A stretch of 64,000 nucleotides of DNA, from assembly GCF_009914755.1 (NCBI RefSeq), contig NC_060940.1; one strand, written 5' to 3'. Both the position numbers and the translations under genes were made by a program. A model generated the notes under the pieces. It saw nothing but the letters and a program-made list of their open reading frames with translations, did not search any database and was not told where the DNA came from. Below, one piece after another: positions 13,313 to 33,768 of the stretch; the first letter of the stretch is position 1, and the number at the start of each line of letters is the position of its first letter. This DNA is from the human T2T-CHM13v2.0 reference genome, Homo sapiens.

Positions 13313-15180
13313 GGTGATAAGTATAAAATACATTTAAATGAGAAATGAGCAAATGCGAGTTTAAGTTCATTTAAGCAAAAACAAAACTAAAAACAAAAAA
13401 ACCCTTAAAACCACAATATCCTATCTTTTCAGGAGTAAAGATTACTATCTATTTTAATGAATTACAGTCTAAAAGGAAGGATATTAATGTATTACTTTAA
13501 ATTCAGCTCCGTAAAAAGAAGTTGTGGACTTATTGAAATAATCTGACATTTCGTATATTCTTATTGCATTTCCAATTAGTGGCTATAAAATTTGGGGAGT
13601 TATTTGAAAATAATCAATTGTAGAAGCAATATAATTGGGCCAGCTTAACCGATCACATTTCAGCATTTTTAATTGACAAATGCTTATCCATGAGTCATAA
13701 TTAATAAAGCTACAGTGCCGAGAATATAACGTAACATGCCAGACTGCTGGGAAAGAAACCAGTTTATGCTTATTTTTTCATCTAGACATAGAAGTCCTTC
13801 TGACACATGCTCTTTCTTCTCTGACCTCCTTTCCAAAGTCAGAAGCACATTTTGTTTCTCCCATAGCGGTTAAAAATGACACATTGGGATGTGTCTACAG
13901 AGTGAAGTATGAGCCAATTTCTAAGAACGGAAAACCAGTGCCAAAAAAAAAAAAGACTCAGAGAGCAGTACCTCTACAAATTCAAATAGTCTCTGGGTAC
14001 TGTCACTGAAAAATAATGACTTGCATTCTGTGCAGCAACCAGGAAGCAATGTTGTGTGACTCTTCCCTACTCAGCCCCCAACCCTCACAACCTCCCTTCT
14101 GCCAGCAACCCAAATTTCCCTCACATTTAATGCTGGAAAATGTATGTGGTCAAGAGACAAAGAGCAGTAAGTTTTGGAATCATGCTCTTTGTTGGGGAAA
14201 ACTGCAAGCTCTGGCTGTTTCCATTTAAATGGCATTTCATTTTGTCCAATTCAATGTTTGCTGATTGTTCATGCTGTCTAGAAAAGCTTTGATTAAACCT
14301 TCTAATTTCACCTCAGCTTCTTCTTTTCTGCAGGGCAAGCCCTTGTCCTGAAAGTATAGAAATGTGTTTAAAAGGAAAAGAACAAAGTAGGAGAATTGAA
14401 GGGAAGGAGTTAGAAAACTTGAAGGAATTACAAGTTCAGTAGGTTTAACCAGGATAGTGTTATTTTAACCAGGCATCTCTTCTTATACCTGTTTTACTAA
14501 TTCTTACACTTCATGATTCTGATATATATTAAAAAACTAAAATCTTTACCTATAAAACCCATTTTCCATTTCATTTATATTTTCCAATGGAGATGATACA
14601 AAGTTATTCCGTGTTGGCTCAAAACATGGGTATTTTTGCTTCCAGAGTGCTCTTTTTATTTTATTGATGTGAGCAGAAAAAACAAAGTTGCTTATTTCCT
14701 TATCATGGAATTTCTGACTTTGCTTTAAACGTGGCACTTGTTCAGCCAGGTCCTTCTACTCCAGTAACTATTACTACTTGATTTTTAAGTAATTGTGAGA
14801 AACTATTCTCACAAAAAGTCAACTATTTAGAGGTGTGTATATGCACACACAGAAACACATATATCCGCAGCATATATATAAAATTTACACATAATAGTAT
14901 ACATGTATATATACATAAATAATATATTTTACCTATATAATACATACATACACATACATATATGTATCCATATGTATCCAAAATTATATATAATCTTTAT
15001 ATATATGTTTTAAAAAATATTTTTCATTACAAAAAACATATAGAGGATAACATAACAAACATCTTTGTATTTACTGTTGAAGTTTGAGGGGGCCAATAAA
15101 TCCTCCTAACCCAAGTTCTGATTCAATTGAGAAAGACAAAGAAGTCAGGCAGATGGAAATAAAATCTACTGTAGAACAAA

Positions 15181-17551
15181 TGTATTAGTTTGTTCTCAGG
15201 CTGCTAATAAAGACATACCCAAGACTGGGTCATTTATAAGGGAAAGAGGTTTAATTGACTTACAGTTCAGCATGGCTGGGGAGGCCTCAGGAAATTTGCA
15301 ATCATGGAGGAAGGTAAAGGGGAAGAGAGACACCTTCACAAGGTGGCAAGAAGGAGAAATGCAAGCAGGGGAAATGCCAGACACTTACAAAAGCATCGGA
15401 TCTCGTGAGAACTCATTCATTATCATGAGAACAGCATGGGGGAAACCACCCCCATGATTCAATTACCTCCACCTGGTCCCAGCCTTTGACATGTGGGGAT
15501 CATGGGGATTACAATTCAAGGTGAGATTTAGGTGGGGACACAGAGCCAAACCATATCATTCTACCCTTGGCCCCTCCCAGATCTCATGTCCTCACATTCA
15601 AAAACACAACCATGCCTTTCCAACAGTCCCCCAAAATCTTAACTCATTCCAGTATTAACCCAAAAGTCCAAGTCCAAAGTCTCAGCTGAGACAAGGCAAG
15701 TCCCTTCCTCCTATGAGCCTGTAAAATCAAAAGCAAGTTAGTTACTTTCTAGATACAATTGGGGTACAGGCAAGGGGTATATATACCCATTCCAAATAGG
15801 AGAAATCAGCCAAAACAAAGGGGCTACAGGCCCCATGCAAGTCCAAAATCCAATAGGGCAGTCATTAAACCTTAAAGTTCCAAAATGATCTCTTTTGACT
15901 CCATGTCTCACATCCAGGTCACACTGATGCAAAAGGTGGCCTCCCATGGCTTTGGGCAACTCCATCTCTGTGGCTTTGCAGGGTACAGTCCACCTCATGG
16001 CTGCTTTCACATGCTGGCATTGAGTGTCTGTGGCTTTTCCAGGTGCATGGTGCAAGCTGTTGGTGGATCTACCATTCTGGGGTCTGGATGATGGTGGCCC
16101 TTTTCTCACAGCTCCACTAGGCAGTGGCCCAGTGGGGACTCTGTGTGTGTGTGTTTGGGGGGGGACTCTGACACCACATTTCCATTCCACACTGCCCTAG
16201 CAGAGGTTCTCTATGAGGGCTCCACTCCTGCAGTAAACTTCTGTCTGGATATCCAGGCATTTCCATACATCCTCTGAAATCTAGGTGGAGGTTCCCAAAC
16301 CTCCATTCTTGACTTCTTTGCACCTGCAGGCTCAACACCACATGGAAGGCTTGCAGCTTGCACCCTGTGAAGCAAAGGCTGAGCAATACCTTGGCCCCTT
16401 TCAGCCACAGCCTGGAGCAGAAGCAGCTGGGATGCAGGGTACCATGTCCTGAGGCTGCACAGAGCAGGCAGGCTGTGGGCCCAGCCCATGAAACCATTTT
16501 TCCCTCTTAGATCTCAGGCCTGTGATGGGAGAGACTGCCATGAAGGTCTCTGACGTGCCCTGGAGACATTTTCCCCATTGTCTTAGTGACTAACATTCAG
16601 ATCCTCATTACTTATGCAAACTTCTGCAGCGGTAGTCAGCTTGAATTTCTCCTCAGAAAATGGGTTTTTATTTTCTATCACATTGCCAGGCCACAAATTT
16701 TCCAAACTTTTATGATCTGCTTCATCTTGAATGCCTTGCCTCTTCAACATTTTTTCTGCCAGATACCCTAAATCATCTCTCTCAAGTTCAAAGTTCCACG
16801 GATCTCTAGGGCAGGGACAAAATGCCACCAGTCTCTTTGTTAAAGCATAGCAAGAATGACCTTTACTCCAATTCCCAGTAAGTTCCTCATTTCCATCTAA
16901 GACCACCTCAGCCTGGACTTCATTGTCCATATCACTATCAGCATTTTGGTCAAAGCCATTCAACAAGTCTCTAGGAAGTTCCAAACTTTCCCAAATCTTT
17001 CTGTCTTCTGAGCCCTCCAAGTCTCTAGGAAACTCCAAACTTTCCCACATTTTCCTGTCTTCTTCAGAGCCCTCCAAACTGTTCCAACCTCTGCCTATTA
17101 CCCAGTCCCAAGGTCACTCCACATTTTCAGGTATCTTTACAGCAGTGCCTCACTACCTTGGTACCAATTCACTGTATTAGTCCATTCTCATGTTGCTAAT
17201 AAAGACATACCTGAGACTGGATAATTTATTTTAAAAAAAGTGGTTTAATTGACTTACAGTTCAGCATGGCAGGGTAGGCCTCAGGAAATTTATAATCATG
17301 GCAGAAAGTGAAGGGGAAGTGAGGCACCTTCTTCACAAGGCAGGAGGAAGGAGAAGTGCAAGCAGAGGAAATGCTAGACAGTTATAAAACCATCAAATCC
17401 TGTGAGACTCGTCATTATCATGAGAACAGCATGGGTTAACCACTTCCATGATTCAATTACCTCCACCTGGTCCCACCCTTGACATGTGGGAATTATGGGG
17501 ATTATAATTCAACGTAAGATTTGGGTGGGAACACAGAGCAAAACTGTATCA
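15181..17551 (-). mobile_element. Full THE1D MaLR provirus: LTRs 15181-15558 and 17173-17551, internal region 15559-17172
   Basis: Two similar LTRs with TG/CA ends, THE1-int between them, near-match TSD ACAAA/ACCAA; ORFs 16583-17077 and 15738-16190 are MaLR internal ORF remnants. Confidence 0.93.
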
Positions 17552-18049
17552 ACCAATAAAGTCTGTGTTGGAGGATATGGCTTAAGTGTGCATAGCAACA
17601 CATAACATACCTTCCTTTCCAAGTTCTAAAAACCAAATAAGGGACATAAAGACAGGCAGATCTAAATAGCCACTTATTTCTGGTAAGTGTGGAAAACATG
17701 GTTTGGGTGTGGATTGACAATTAGCTTCACAACCCTTTATCCCAGAATTAAGCAACCATAGCTACCTGGACAGTTTTCCTGGGTTTCCAACACTACACTC
17801 ACCTTGTAGCCAACAGCAGACCAGAGCACAAGCCATTTGCAGAAGGGAAGACACCAGAAAGTAGGAGAATGGGGCTAAGATGGGAATGCTCAGTTCCTCT
17901 CCAAACGCATTAACTGGGGTACTTTCTCTACTTCAGAGGGAGAACAAAGGGGTGTGGTGAAAAATGAGGCATGTGTATGGAAAAGTACTCCTGCAAGGCA
18001 ACCAGAGGAGTGGAAGGAAACTGCAGCCCACCCAGCTTTAACAAAATCT

Positions 18050-18400
18050 TAATGTTTTGGCTTATTTCATTAATTCCTTTCTTTTACATGAATAACACAT
18101 TACAGGTACTGTTGAAGCCCTCTGGTATCATTCCATGATCCTATTTATCTCTCCCTCCCTCTCTACTGGTGACCACTACTATTCAGGTTCTGTTTTTATG
18201 CTTTTACACATACATTTATCTCACACATGTGTACATATACATAAATAATATACAGGGCTGTTATGCATTTCATAAGTTTTAAATTAGTTGACTAACAGTG
18301 GATACAATAAGTATATGATTTTGCAACTTGCTTTTTCATGCAACATGTTTTTGAGATTTATCCATACAGATACTTGTAGCAACATTTTGTTGCGGTTCCT
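18050..18400 (-). mobile_element. L1ME-like 3' end (host of nested L1s)
   Basis: 'ttgcaacttgctttttcatgcaacatgtttttgagatttatccat'. Confidence 0.55.
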
Positions 18401-18407
18401 GGGTTGT

Positions 18408-20691
<2,284 letters not shown>

Positions 20692-21727
20692 AGAGATTCT
20701 GGCAAGATGGCCGAATAGGAACAGCTCTGGTCTGCAGCTCCCATCGTGATCAATGCAGAAGACAGGTGACTTCTTCATTTCCAACTGAGGTACCTGGTTC
20801 ATCCCACTGGGACTGGTTGGACAGTGGGTGCAGCCCACAGAGGGCGAGCTGAAGCAGGGCCGGGTGTTGCCTCACCTGGGAATGCAAGGGGTCAGGGGAT
20901 TTCCCTTTCCTAGCCAAGGGAAGCCATGACAGACTACCTGAAAAAATGGGGCACTCTCACCCAAATACTGAGCTTTTCCTAAAGGTCTTATCAACTAGCA
21001 GACAAGGTGATTCTCTCTTGTGCCTGGCTTGGCGGGTCCCATGCCCATGAAGCCTTGCTCACTGCTAGTGCAACAGTCTGAGATTGATCCGCGAGGTGGC
21101 AGCCTGGCTGAGGCAGGGGCGTCTGCCATTGCTGAGGTTTGAGTAGGTAAACAAAGCGGCCAGGAAGCTCAAACTGGGCGGAGCCCACTGCAGCCCAATA
21201 AGGCCTACTGCCTCTAGACTCCACCTCTCTGTGCAGGGCATAGCTGAACAAAAGGCAGCAGATAACTTCTGCAGACTTAAACGTCTCCGTCTGAAAGCTC
21301 TGAAGAGAGCAGTGGTTCTCCCAGCATGGCGTTTAAGCTCTGAGAACGGACAGACTGCCTCCACAAGTGGGTCCCTGACCCCCATGTAGCCTAACTGGGA
21401 GACATCTCCCAGTAGGGGCCAACAGACACCTCATATAGGCGGCTGCCCCTCTGGGACAAAGCTTCCAGAGGAAGGATCAGGCAGCAATATTTGCTGTTCT
21501 GCAATAATTGCTGTTCTGCAGCCTCCGCTGGTGATACCCAGTGAAACAGGGTCTAGAGTGGAACTCCAGCAAACTCCAACAGATCTGCAGCTGAGGGACC
21601 TGACTGTTAGAAGGAAAACTAACAAACAAAAAGGAATAGCATCAACATCAACAAAAAGGTCATCTACACCAAAACCCCATTTGTAGGTCACTAACATCAA
21701 AGACCAAAGGTAGATAAAAACACAAAG

Positions 21728-22752
21728 ATGGGGAGAAAACAGAGCAGAAAAGCTGAAAATTCTAAAAATCAGAGCACCTCTTCTCTTCCAAAGGATCGCA
21801 GCTCCTCGCCAGCAATGGAACAAAGCTGGATGGGGAATAACTTTGATGATTGACAGAAGTAGGATTCAGAAGGTCAGTAATAACAAACTTCTCAGAGTTA
21901 AAGGAGGATGTTCGAGCCCATCACAAGGAAGCTAAAAACCTTGAAAAAAGATTCGATGAATGACTAACTGGAATAAACAGTGTAGAGAAGACCTTAAATG
22001 ACCTGATGGAGCTGAAAACCATGGCACAAGAACTTTGTGAATCATGTACAAGCTTCAATAGCTGATTCGATCAAGTGGCAGAAAGGGTATCAGTGATTGA
22101 AGATCAAATTAATGAAATAAAGCCAGAAGACAAGGTTAGAGAAAAAAGAGTAAAAAGAAATGAACAAAGCCTCCAAGAAATATGGGACTATGTGAGAACA
22201 CCAAATCTATGTTTGATTGGTGTACCTGAAAGTGATGGGGAGAATGGAACCACGTTGGAAAACACTCTTCAGTATATTATCCAGGAGAACTTCCCCAACC
22301 TAGCAAGGCAGGCCAACATTCAAATTCAGGAAATACAGAGAACACCACAAACATACTCCTCAAGAAGAGCAACCCCAAGACACATAATTGTCCGATTCAC
22401 CAAGGTTGAAATGAAGGAAAAAGTGTTAAGGGCAGCCAGAGAGAAGGGTCGAGTTACCCACAAAGGGAAGCCAATCAGAGTAACAGCAGATCTCTTGGCA
22501 GAAACCCTGCAAGCCAGAAGAGAGTGGGGGCCAATATTCAACATTCTTAAAGAAAAGAATATTCAACCCAGAATTTCATATCCAGCCAAACTAAGCTTCA
22601 CAAGTGAAGGAGAAATAAAATCCTTTACAGACAAGCAAATGCTGGGAGATTTTGTCACCACCAAGCCTGCCTCACAAGAGCTCCTGAAGGAAGCACTAAA
22701 CACGGAAAGAAACAACCAGTACCAGCCGCTGCAAAAACATGCCAAATTGTAA
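21728..22752 (+). pseudogene. L1 ORF1p, disrupted
   Basis: ATG at 21728; frameshift/stops in 5' third; ORF 22075-22752 matches ORF1p RRM/CTD ending QKHAKL. Confidence 0.9.
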
Positions 22753-22815
22753 AGACCCTTGACGCTATGAAGAAACTGCATCAATTAACAGGCAAAATAA
22801 CCAGCGAACATCATA

Positions 22816-26777
<3,962 letters not shown>

Positions 26778-27010
26778 AATGAGATCACTTGGACACAGGA
26801 CGGGGAACATCACATACCGGGGCCTTGTTGGGGGGTGGTGGGCTGGGGGAGGGGTAGCATCAGGAGAAATACCTAATGTAAATGATGAGTTGATGGGTGC
26901 AGCAAAGCAACATGGCACATCTATACCTATGTATCAAACCTGCACGTTGTGCACATGTACCCTAGAACTTAAAGTATAATTAAAAAAAAAAAGAGAGAGA
27001 GATTCTGGCA

Positions 27011-29690
27011 TGTGGTATCTTTGTTCACATTAGTTTCAAAGAATTTATGGAATTGTGCCTGAATTTTATTGTTTACCCAAAAGTCATTCAGGAGCAGTTT
27101 GTTTAATTTCCGTGTAATTGTACAGTTTTGAGTGATTTTTAAATATCGATTTCTATTTTTATTGTGCTATGCTCTGAGAGTGTGGTTGGTATGATTTTTT
27201 TTTGAGTTTGCTAAAAAATTTTTTTGAGTTTGCTAAGAATGATTGTGTGGTCAATTTTAGAGTATGTGCCATGTAAAGATGAGAATAATATATATTCTGT
27301 TGTTTTGGGGTGAAGAATTCTGTAGATGTCTTTTAGGTCTATTTGGTTAAGTGTCAAGATCAGGTGTCAAAAATCTTTGATAGTTTTCTACCTCAATAAT
27401 CTGTCTGTGAGGTGGGTGTTAAAATCTCCCACTATTATTGTGTGGTTATCTAAGTCTCTTCATAGGTCTCTAAGAACTTGATTATGAATCTGGGTACTCC
27501 CTTGTTGAGCCCATGTAGTTAGGATAGTTAGCTCTTCTTGTTGAACCCTTTACTGTTATGTAATTTCCTTCTTTGTCTTTTCTGATCACTGTTTTCTTAA
27601 ATTATGTTTTATCTAAAATTAGAATAGCAACCCTCACTTTTTTTCTGTTTTCTAGCTAGATTTTTCTCCATCCCTTCATTTTGAGCCTATGGATGATGGA
27701 TGTCATTGTATGTTAGATGGGTCTCTTGAAGACAGCATGCAGTTGGGTCTTGTTTCTTTATCCAATTTGCCATTCTGTGCCTTTTAATTGGGGCTTTTAG
27801 CCTGTTTACATTCAAGGTTAATAGTGATATGTGCAGATTTAATCCTGTCATCGTGGTGTTGGCTGGTTATTATGCAGATTTGATTGTGTGGTCACATTAT
27901 AGTGTCAATGGTCTATGTACTTAGTGTGCTTTTGTGATGACTGGTAATGGTCGTTCCTTTCTGTATTTAGCAATCCCTTAAAGGCCCCTTCTAAGACAGA
28001 TCTGGTGGCAACAAACTTCTTTAGCATTTGCTTATCTGAAAAGGATCTTATTTCTCCTTTACTTATGAAGCTTAATTTGGCTGGATATAAAATTCATGGT
28101 TGCAATTTCTTTTCTTTAAGAACACTGAATATAGGCCCCCAATCCCCCAATCTCTTCTGGCTTGTAAGGTTTCTGCTGAAAGATTTGCTGTTAGCCTGAT
28201 GGGGTTCCCTTGTAGGTGACCTGCCCTTTCTCTCTAGCTGCCTTTAACATTTTGTCTTTCACTTTGACCTTGGAGAATATGATGACTATGTGTCTTGGGG
28301 ATGGTTGTCTTGTATAGTATGCAGGGGTTCTCTGCATTTCCTGAATTTGAATGTTGGCCTCTCCAGTGAAGTTGGGGAAATTTTCATGGATGGTATCCTC
28401 AAATATGTTTTCCAAGTTGTTTGCTTTCTCTCCCTCTCTTTCAGGAAAACCAGTGAGTCACAGATTTGGTCTCTTTAGACAATCCCATATTTCTTGGAGG
28501 TTTTGTTTATTCTTCTTTATTCTTTATTTTTGTCTAAGTTATTTCAGAGAACTGGTCTTCAAGCTCTGAGATTCTTTCCTCAGGTTTGTTGATCTGCTGT
28601 CAATACTTGTAATTGTTTTATGAAATTCTTGAAGTGAGTTTTTCAGTTGTATCAGATCAGTTTGGTTCTTTCCTAAAATAGCCATTTTGTCTTTCATCTC
28701 CTGTATTGTTTTATTGTATTCCTTAGATTTCTTGGATTTGGTCTTGACTTTCTCCTGAATCTTGATGATCTTTGTTCCTATTCATATTCTGAATTCTGTT
28801 TCTGTCATTTCAATAATTTTATCCTGGTTAAGAACCATTACTGGGGAACTAGTGTGGTTATTTGGAGGTAAGAAGATACTCTCGCTTTTTGAGTTACCAG
28901 AGTTCTTGTACTGGTTCACTTATTCTTTGTGGGCTGATATTCCTTCAATCTTTGAAGTTGCTGTCCTTTGGATTTTTTTTTTTCTCTTATCCTCTTTGAT
29001 GTCCTTGGGGGTTTGATTGTAGTATAGGGTGGGTTCAGTCAACTGGTTTCATTTCTGGAAGATTTCAGGGGAACAAGGCTCAGCTCATCACTCATGGACT
29101 GTGTCCTGTAACTCCTGGGGGGCTGGTACCAGGACCCTGGCTTTGCTCTCTGGCCCCTTGAGGTTAGGAACCTGCTGTGCTGGAGGGACTGAGGTGTTCC
29201 CAATCTGCTGGTCATTACACTTTAATGGGTGGTGCTGGCCAAAGCACTTTATCAAGATGGTGGCAGCAGGATTCATGCTCACTTGGATGCCAGCAGCCAT
29301 GGCAACACAGTGGGATGTGTGTGCATCAGCTGGGGTGGGGTACTGGTGGGAGCAGGGCTGAAGCACTCCTGAACAGACTTGTGCCAGTAGTGGTGGCAGA
29401 AGGCAGGGGCAGGGCACTGGCAGGGGTGGGGTTGCTGGTGTCCATGCTTGCACTCACAGTGGCAGTGGCAGCAGGGGGCAGGATGCTGGTGGGCACAGGA
29501 TGTTGGTGGGTGTGAGATGCTGGCAGGCACAGGCATGCTGGTGTCTGTGTGCATGTTCACCTGAGTAGTGGTGTCAGGTGGAAGGCGAAGCTGCTGGTGT
29601 CCATGAGCACATTCGCATTGGTGGTGGTGGTGGTGCAGGAGGGGCAGTATTGCCAGCACCTGTGAACATTTTTGTGTTGGTGATGGCAGC
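27011..29690 (-). mobile_element. Older primate L1 (L1PA15/16-like), 5' part: EN, ORF1, 5'UTR
   Basis: ORF 28191-28415 is ORF1-like (ENFPNF..ANIQIQEMQRTP); GC-richer repetitive 5'UTR 29000-29690. Confidence 0.85.
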
Positions 29691-29847
29691 TAAAGTTTTT
29701 AAGTATATGAGTAAATCATGCTTTTTATCCATTCTTCTACTGCCATTTAGTTGTTAATTTGTTCCCCAGTTTTTACCTTTATAAGCAATGTTGATACAAA
29801 CAGTCTTGTAAACATTCCCTTTTGCATACGAACAAGTTATTATAGAG

Positions 29848-30068
29848 TAGTGATTCTCAAGTAAGGTGGGGTATTGGACCCCTCCCAAAGTCGAAAGTGC
29901 TTGGAAATGTATAAAAACTGTCTGGGTTATCAAATTACTGGCAGTAGTACTACCAGCTTTAGTACTGGGAACCAGAGATGCTCAATGTCCTTCAATGCGT
30001 TGGATGGTAACACATAAAGAACTATCCCACTCCGAATGCAAATAAGTCCACCACTAGAAACACTATTC
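29848..30068. mobile_element. MER20-like hAT DNA transposon
   Basis: 'agtgattctcaa...gaaccagagatgctcaatgtcc...aaagaactatcc...agaaacact'. Confidence 0.55.
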
Positions 30069-30448
30069 TAAATATATCTCTGTAAGTGACAAAACTGTAT
30101 CAGAGTATGTAAATCCTCCTCAACTTTATTTTATATTGAAAGATGGCTTTTCAATCTAGTTTTACCAATTTATAACTCCACCAGTTCTTATTAAGGCCAC
30201 ATCCTTGCTAACACTTGTGACTATTAAATTTTATAATTTTTTGCACATTTAATAAAAATTAAATGGTGTTTCATTATTTTCTTAATTTTCATTTCTAGGG
30301 ATACTAGTTGAAGCGGAACATGTTTTCATGCAGCCACTGGAGTCTAGTCTTCTGTTCAGTCTAGTCTGTGAAATGTCTATTCTTATCCTTTGTTTATTTT
30401 TTATTGCGTATTTATCTTTCCCTTATTGGTTTATAAGAGTTGAATGCA

Positions 30449-30522
30449 GTGCACCAGCATGACACATGTATACATATGTATCTAACCTGCACAATGTGCA
30501 CATGTAGATAATTAAAAAAAAA
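30449..30522 (+). mobile_element. Ultra-short young L1 (L1PA2/L1HS-like) 3' tip
   Basis: 'gcaccagcatgacacatgtatacatatgta..aacctgcacaatgtgcacatgta' plus A-tail; 14-bp TSD AAGAGTTGAATGCA 30435-30448/30523-30536. Confidence 0.92.
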
Positions 30523-32171
30523 AAGAGTTGAATGCATCTTGGATATATTGTGGCTACAAATTCTTTGTGTATATTGTAACTATACATCAATAGTATATGT
30601 TATAGATATCTTGCCTCACCTATCTCTTACCTTTGAATTTTGTTTGTGGTGTCTTTTGTAGAATAGGAAATTTTAAAAGTTTTAATGTAGACAAGTTTAT
30701 TAATATTTTCTTTTCTGGTTTGTGCTTTTGGCATTTTGGTCAATATGCTCCTTCTTACCATACTCTCGTATATTTTCTTTATGGAGTTTAATGCTTTTGC
30801 TTACTCCACCCCTCATATCTGGGTCTTTAACCTGTGGATTTTTTTTTTTTTTTTGGTTATATGAGTTAGAAAACTAATTTTATTTTCATATGGATTACCA
30901 ATTGGTACATCAAATTAATTTAACTGTCTTGTCATTTTCCCACTGATTTCTAATATCCCTTCTTTGAGTTTCAGTTGTTCTGCATTCTTGTCAGCACTTG
31001 TTATGATCAATATTTTTAATTTTAGATATTTTAATAGGCGTATAGTGGTATTTCATTGTGGTTTTAACTTAACACCTCTCTAACAACTAATGCTGCTGAG
31101 CATATTTTCATGTACTTACTTACCAACTATATCTTTTTTGGTAAAGTGTCCTTCCAATTCTTGTCCATTTTAAGATTTTTTTTAATTGTTGATTTTTGAA
31201 GGTTTTTAAATATAGTCTGGATATAAGTCCTTTATCAGAAATACATTTTCCAAATATTTCTTATATTCTGTGTCATATAATTTCGTTTTTCAACAATGTC
31301 TTTTAAAGAGCAACATTTCAAGGTTTTTTATAAAAGTCAATGTATCAGTTTCTTCTTTTATGGTTTGTGCTGTGTTCTACCTAAAAATCTTTTTCTAATC
31401 CAAGAAATTTTGTATACAAATGCACTAAGGGCTGAGATTATTTTTCTTTGCAGACGTATGTATAATAATTCCAGCTCCATTTGTTGAAAAACTATCCTTT
31501 CTCCATTGAATGGCCTTGGCACCTTTGTCAAAAGTCAAATTGACCATATATGTGTGGATCTATTTTTGGACTCTCTATCCTGTTCCATTGATCTATAGAT
31601 CTTTTCTTATACCGGTTTGAACGACTTGACTACTGTAGCTTTATATTAAGTCTAGAAATTAGATGGTATGAGTTCTCTAATTGTGTTCTGTTTCTCAAAA
31701 GTATTTCCCCTTTGGTCCTTTGCTTTTCTAGAGAAATTTTAGAAACAACCTATCAATTTATAGTGGGGAAAAAAGCTACTGAGATTTAGAAGGTCAGAGT
31801 TGCATTGAGTCTCTGGACCAATTAGAAAACTGACATATTTTTTCCACATTGAGTCTTCCCGTCCATAAATATGGTATTATTTCTCTATTTATCTGTAGAT
31901 ATTTAAATTTTTCTTAACAATGTTTTACATTTTCAGGCTACACACTTTGCACATATTTTGTTAGAACTGCCTCAGAGTATTTCAGGATTTCTGATGCTAT
32001 TGTTTTTAAATTTCATTTTCTAATCGTTTACTGCTGCTATATAGAAATGCAATTGATTTTTATAACATTGGCCTTATATCATAAGATTTGCTAAACTCAC
32101 ATATTAGTTCTAGGAGCCATTTTTTGTAGATTATTTGGAATTTCCAATAAACAATATTATGCCATCTGTGA

Positions 32172-32591
<420 letters not shown>

Positions 32592-33392
32592 TAAAGGGCT
32601 GCTTTGTTAGTGATCTTAAGAGGAAAGCCTTCAATTTCTCACCCTTAAGTATGATGTTAGCTGTAGGTTTTAGTTGATATCCTTTATTAATTTCAGGACA
32701 TTCCCTCCTATTCCTAACTTGCTGAGCATACCTTTTTAAAAAAATCATGAGCAAATGTTGGGTTTTGTTAAATACTTTTTCTGCAACTACTGAGATTAAT
32801 ATTTTTGAAGGGAAGGAGACTGTTTTAATTGGTGATTCTTGCCATTTTTGACAGATACTGTTTATCAGGTTAAGGACATTTTCTTCAATTCCTAGTTTCT
32901 AAATTTAAAATTTTCTGAATAGATTTTATTTTTATTTAATGCTTTGTATCATTTTGATGCTTGTATAACTTTTATTCTTTATTGTTTACATAATAAATAA
33001 CACTAACATATTAAACAATGCTTGTATTCCTAACATAAACCTTACTTTGCCTATCTGAATCTGATTTGTGTTTTACTTGGGATTTGAATCTATATTCAAA
33101 ATGCAATTGGTCTAATAGTTTCTTTCCTTCCACAGTTATTTCCATCAGTACCAAAACTACTCTTGCTTCATAAGAAAAATTTGGTATGCCTGCTTTATCT
33201 TTTTACTATTTTCTAATCAAGTTTGTATAAAACAGTAATTAATTTTCCTTAAATGTGTGGTAAAATCGTCATTTCTGGTCCTTTTTACATGGATTCTTTG
33301 ATTACTAATTCAATTTTCTTAATGATTATTCATTTATTCAGATTTTTATTTCTTTCTGGATAATTTTTATAATTTAAGAAAAGTCCATTTTA

Positions 33393-33768
<376 letters not shown>

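Noticed and set aside
14546-14737. Minus-strand exon ending at an AG|GTAAAG donor
   Set aside because: No polypyrimidine acceptor upstream and the peptide is unrecognised.
29279-29659. His/Cys-rich 126-aa ORF as a metal-binding protein
   Set aside because: It is a translation of repetitive L1 5'UTR sequence.
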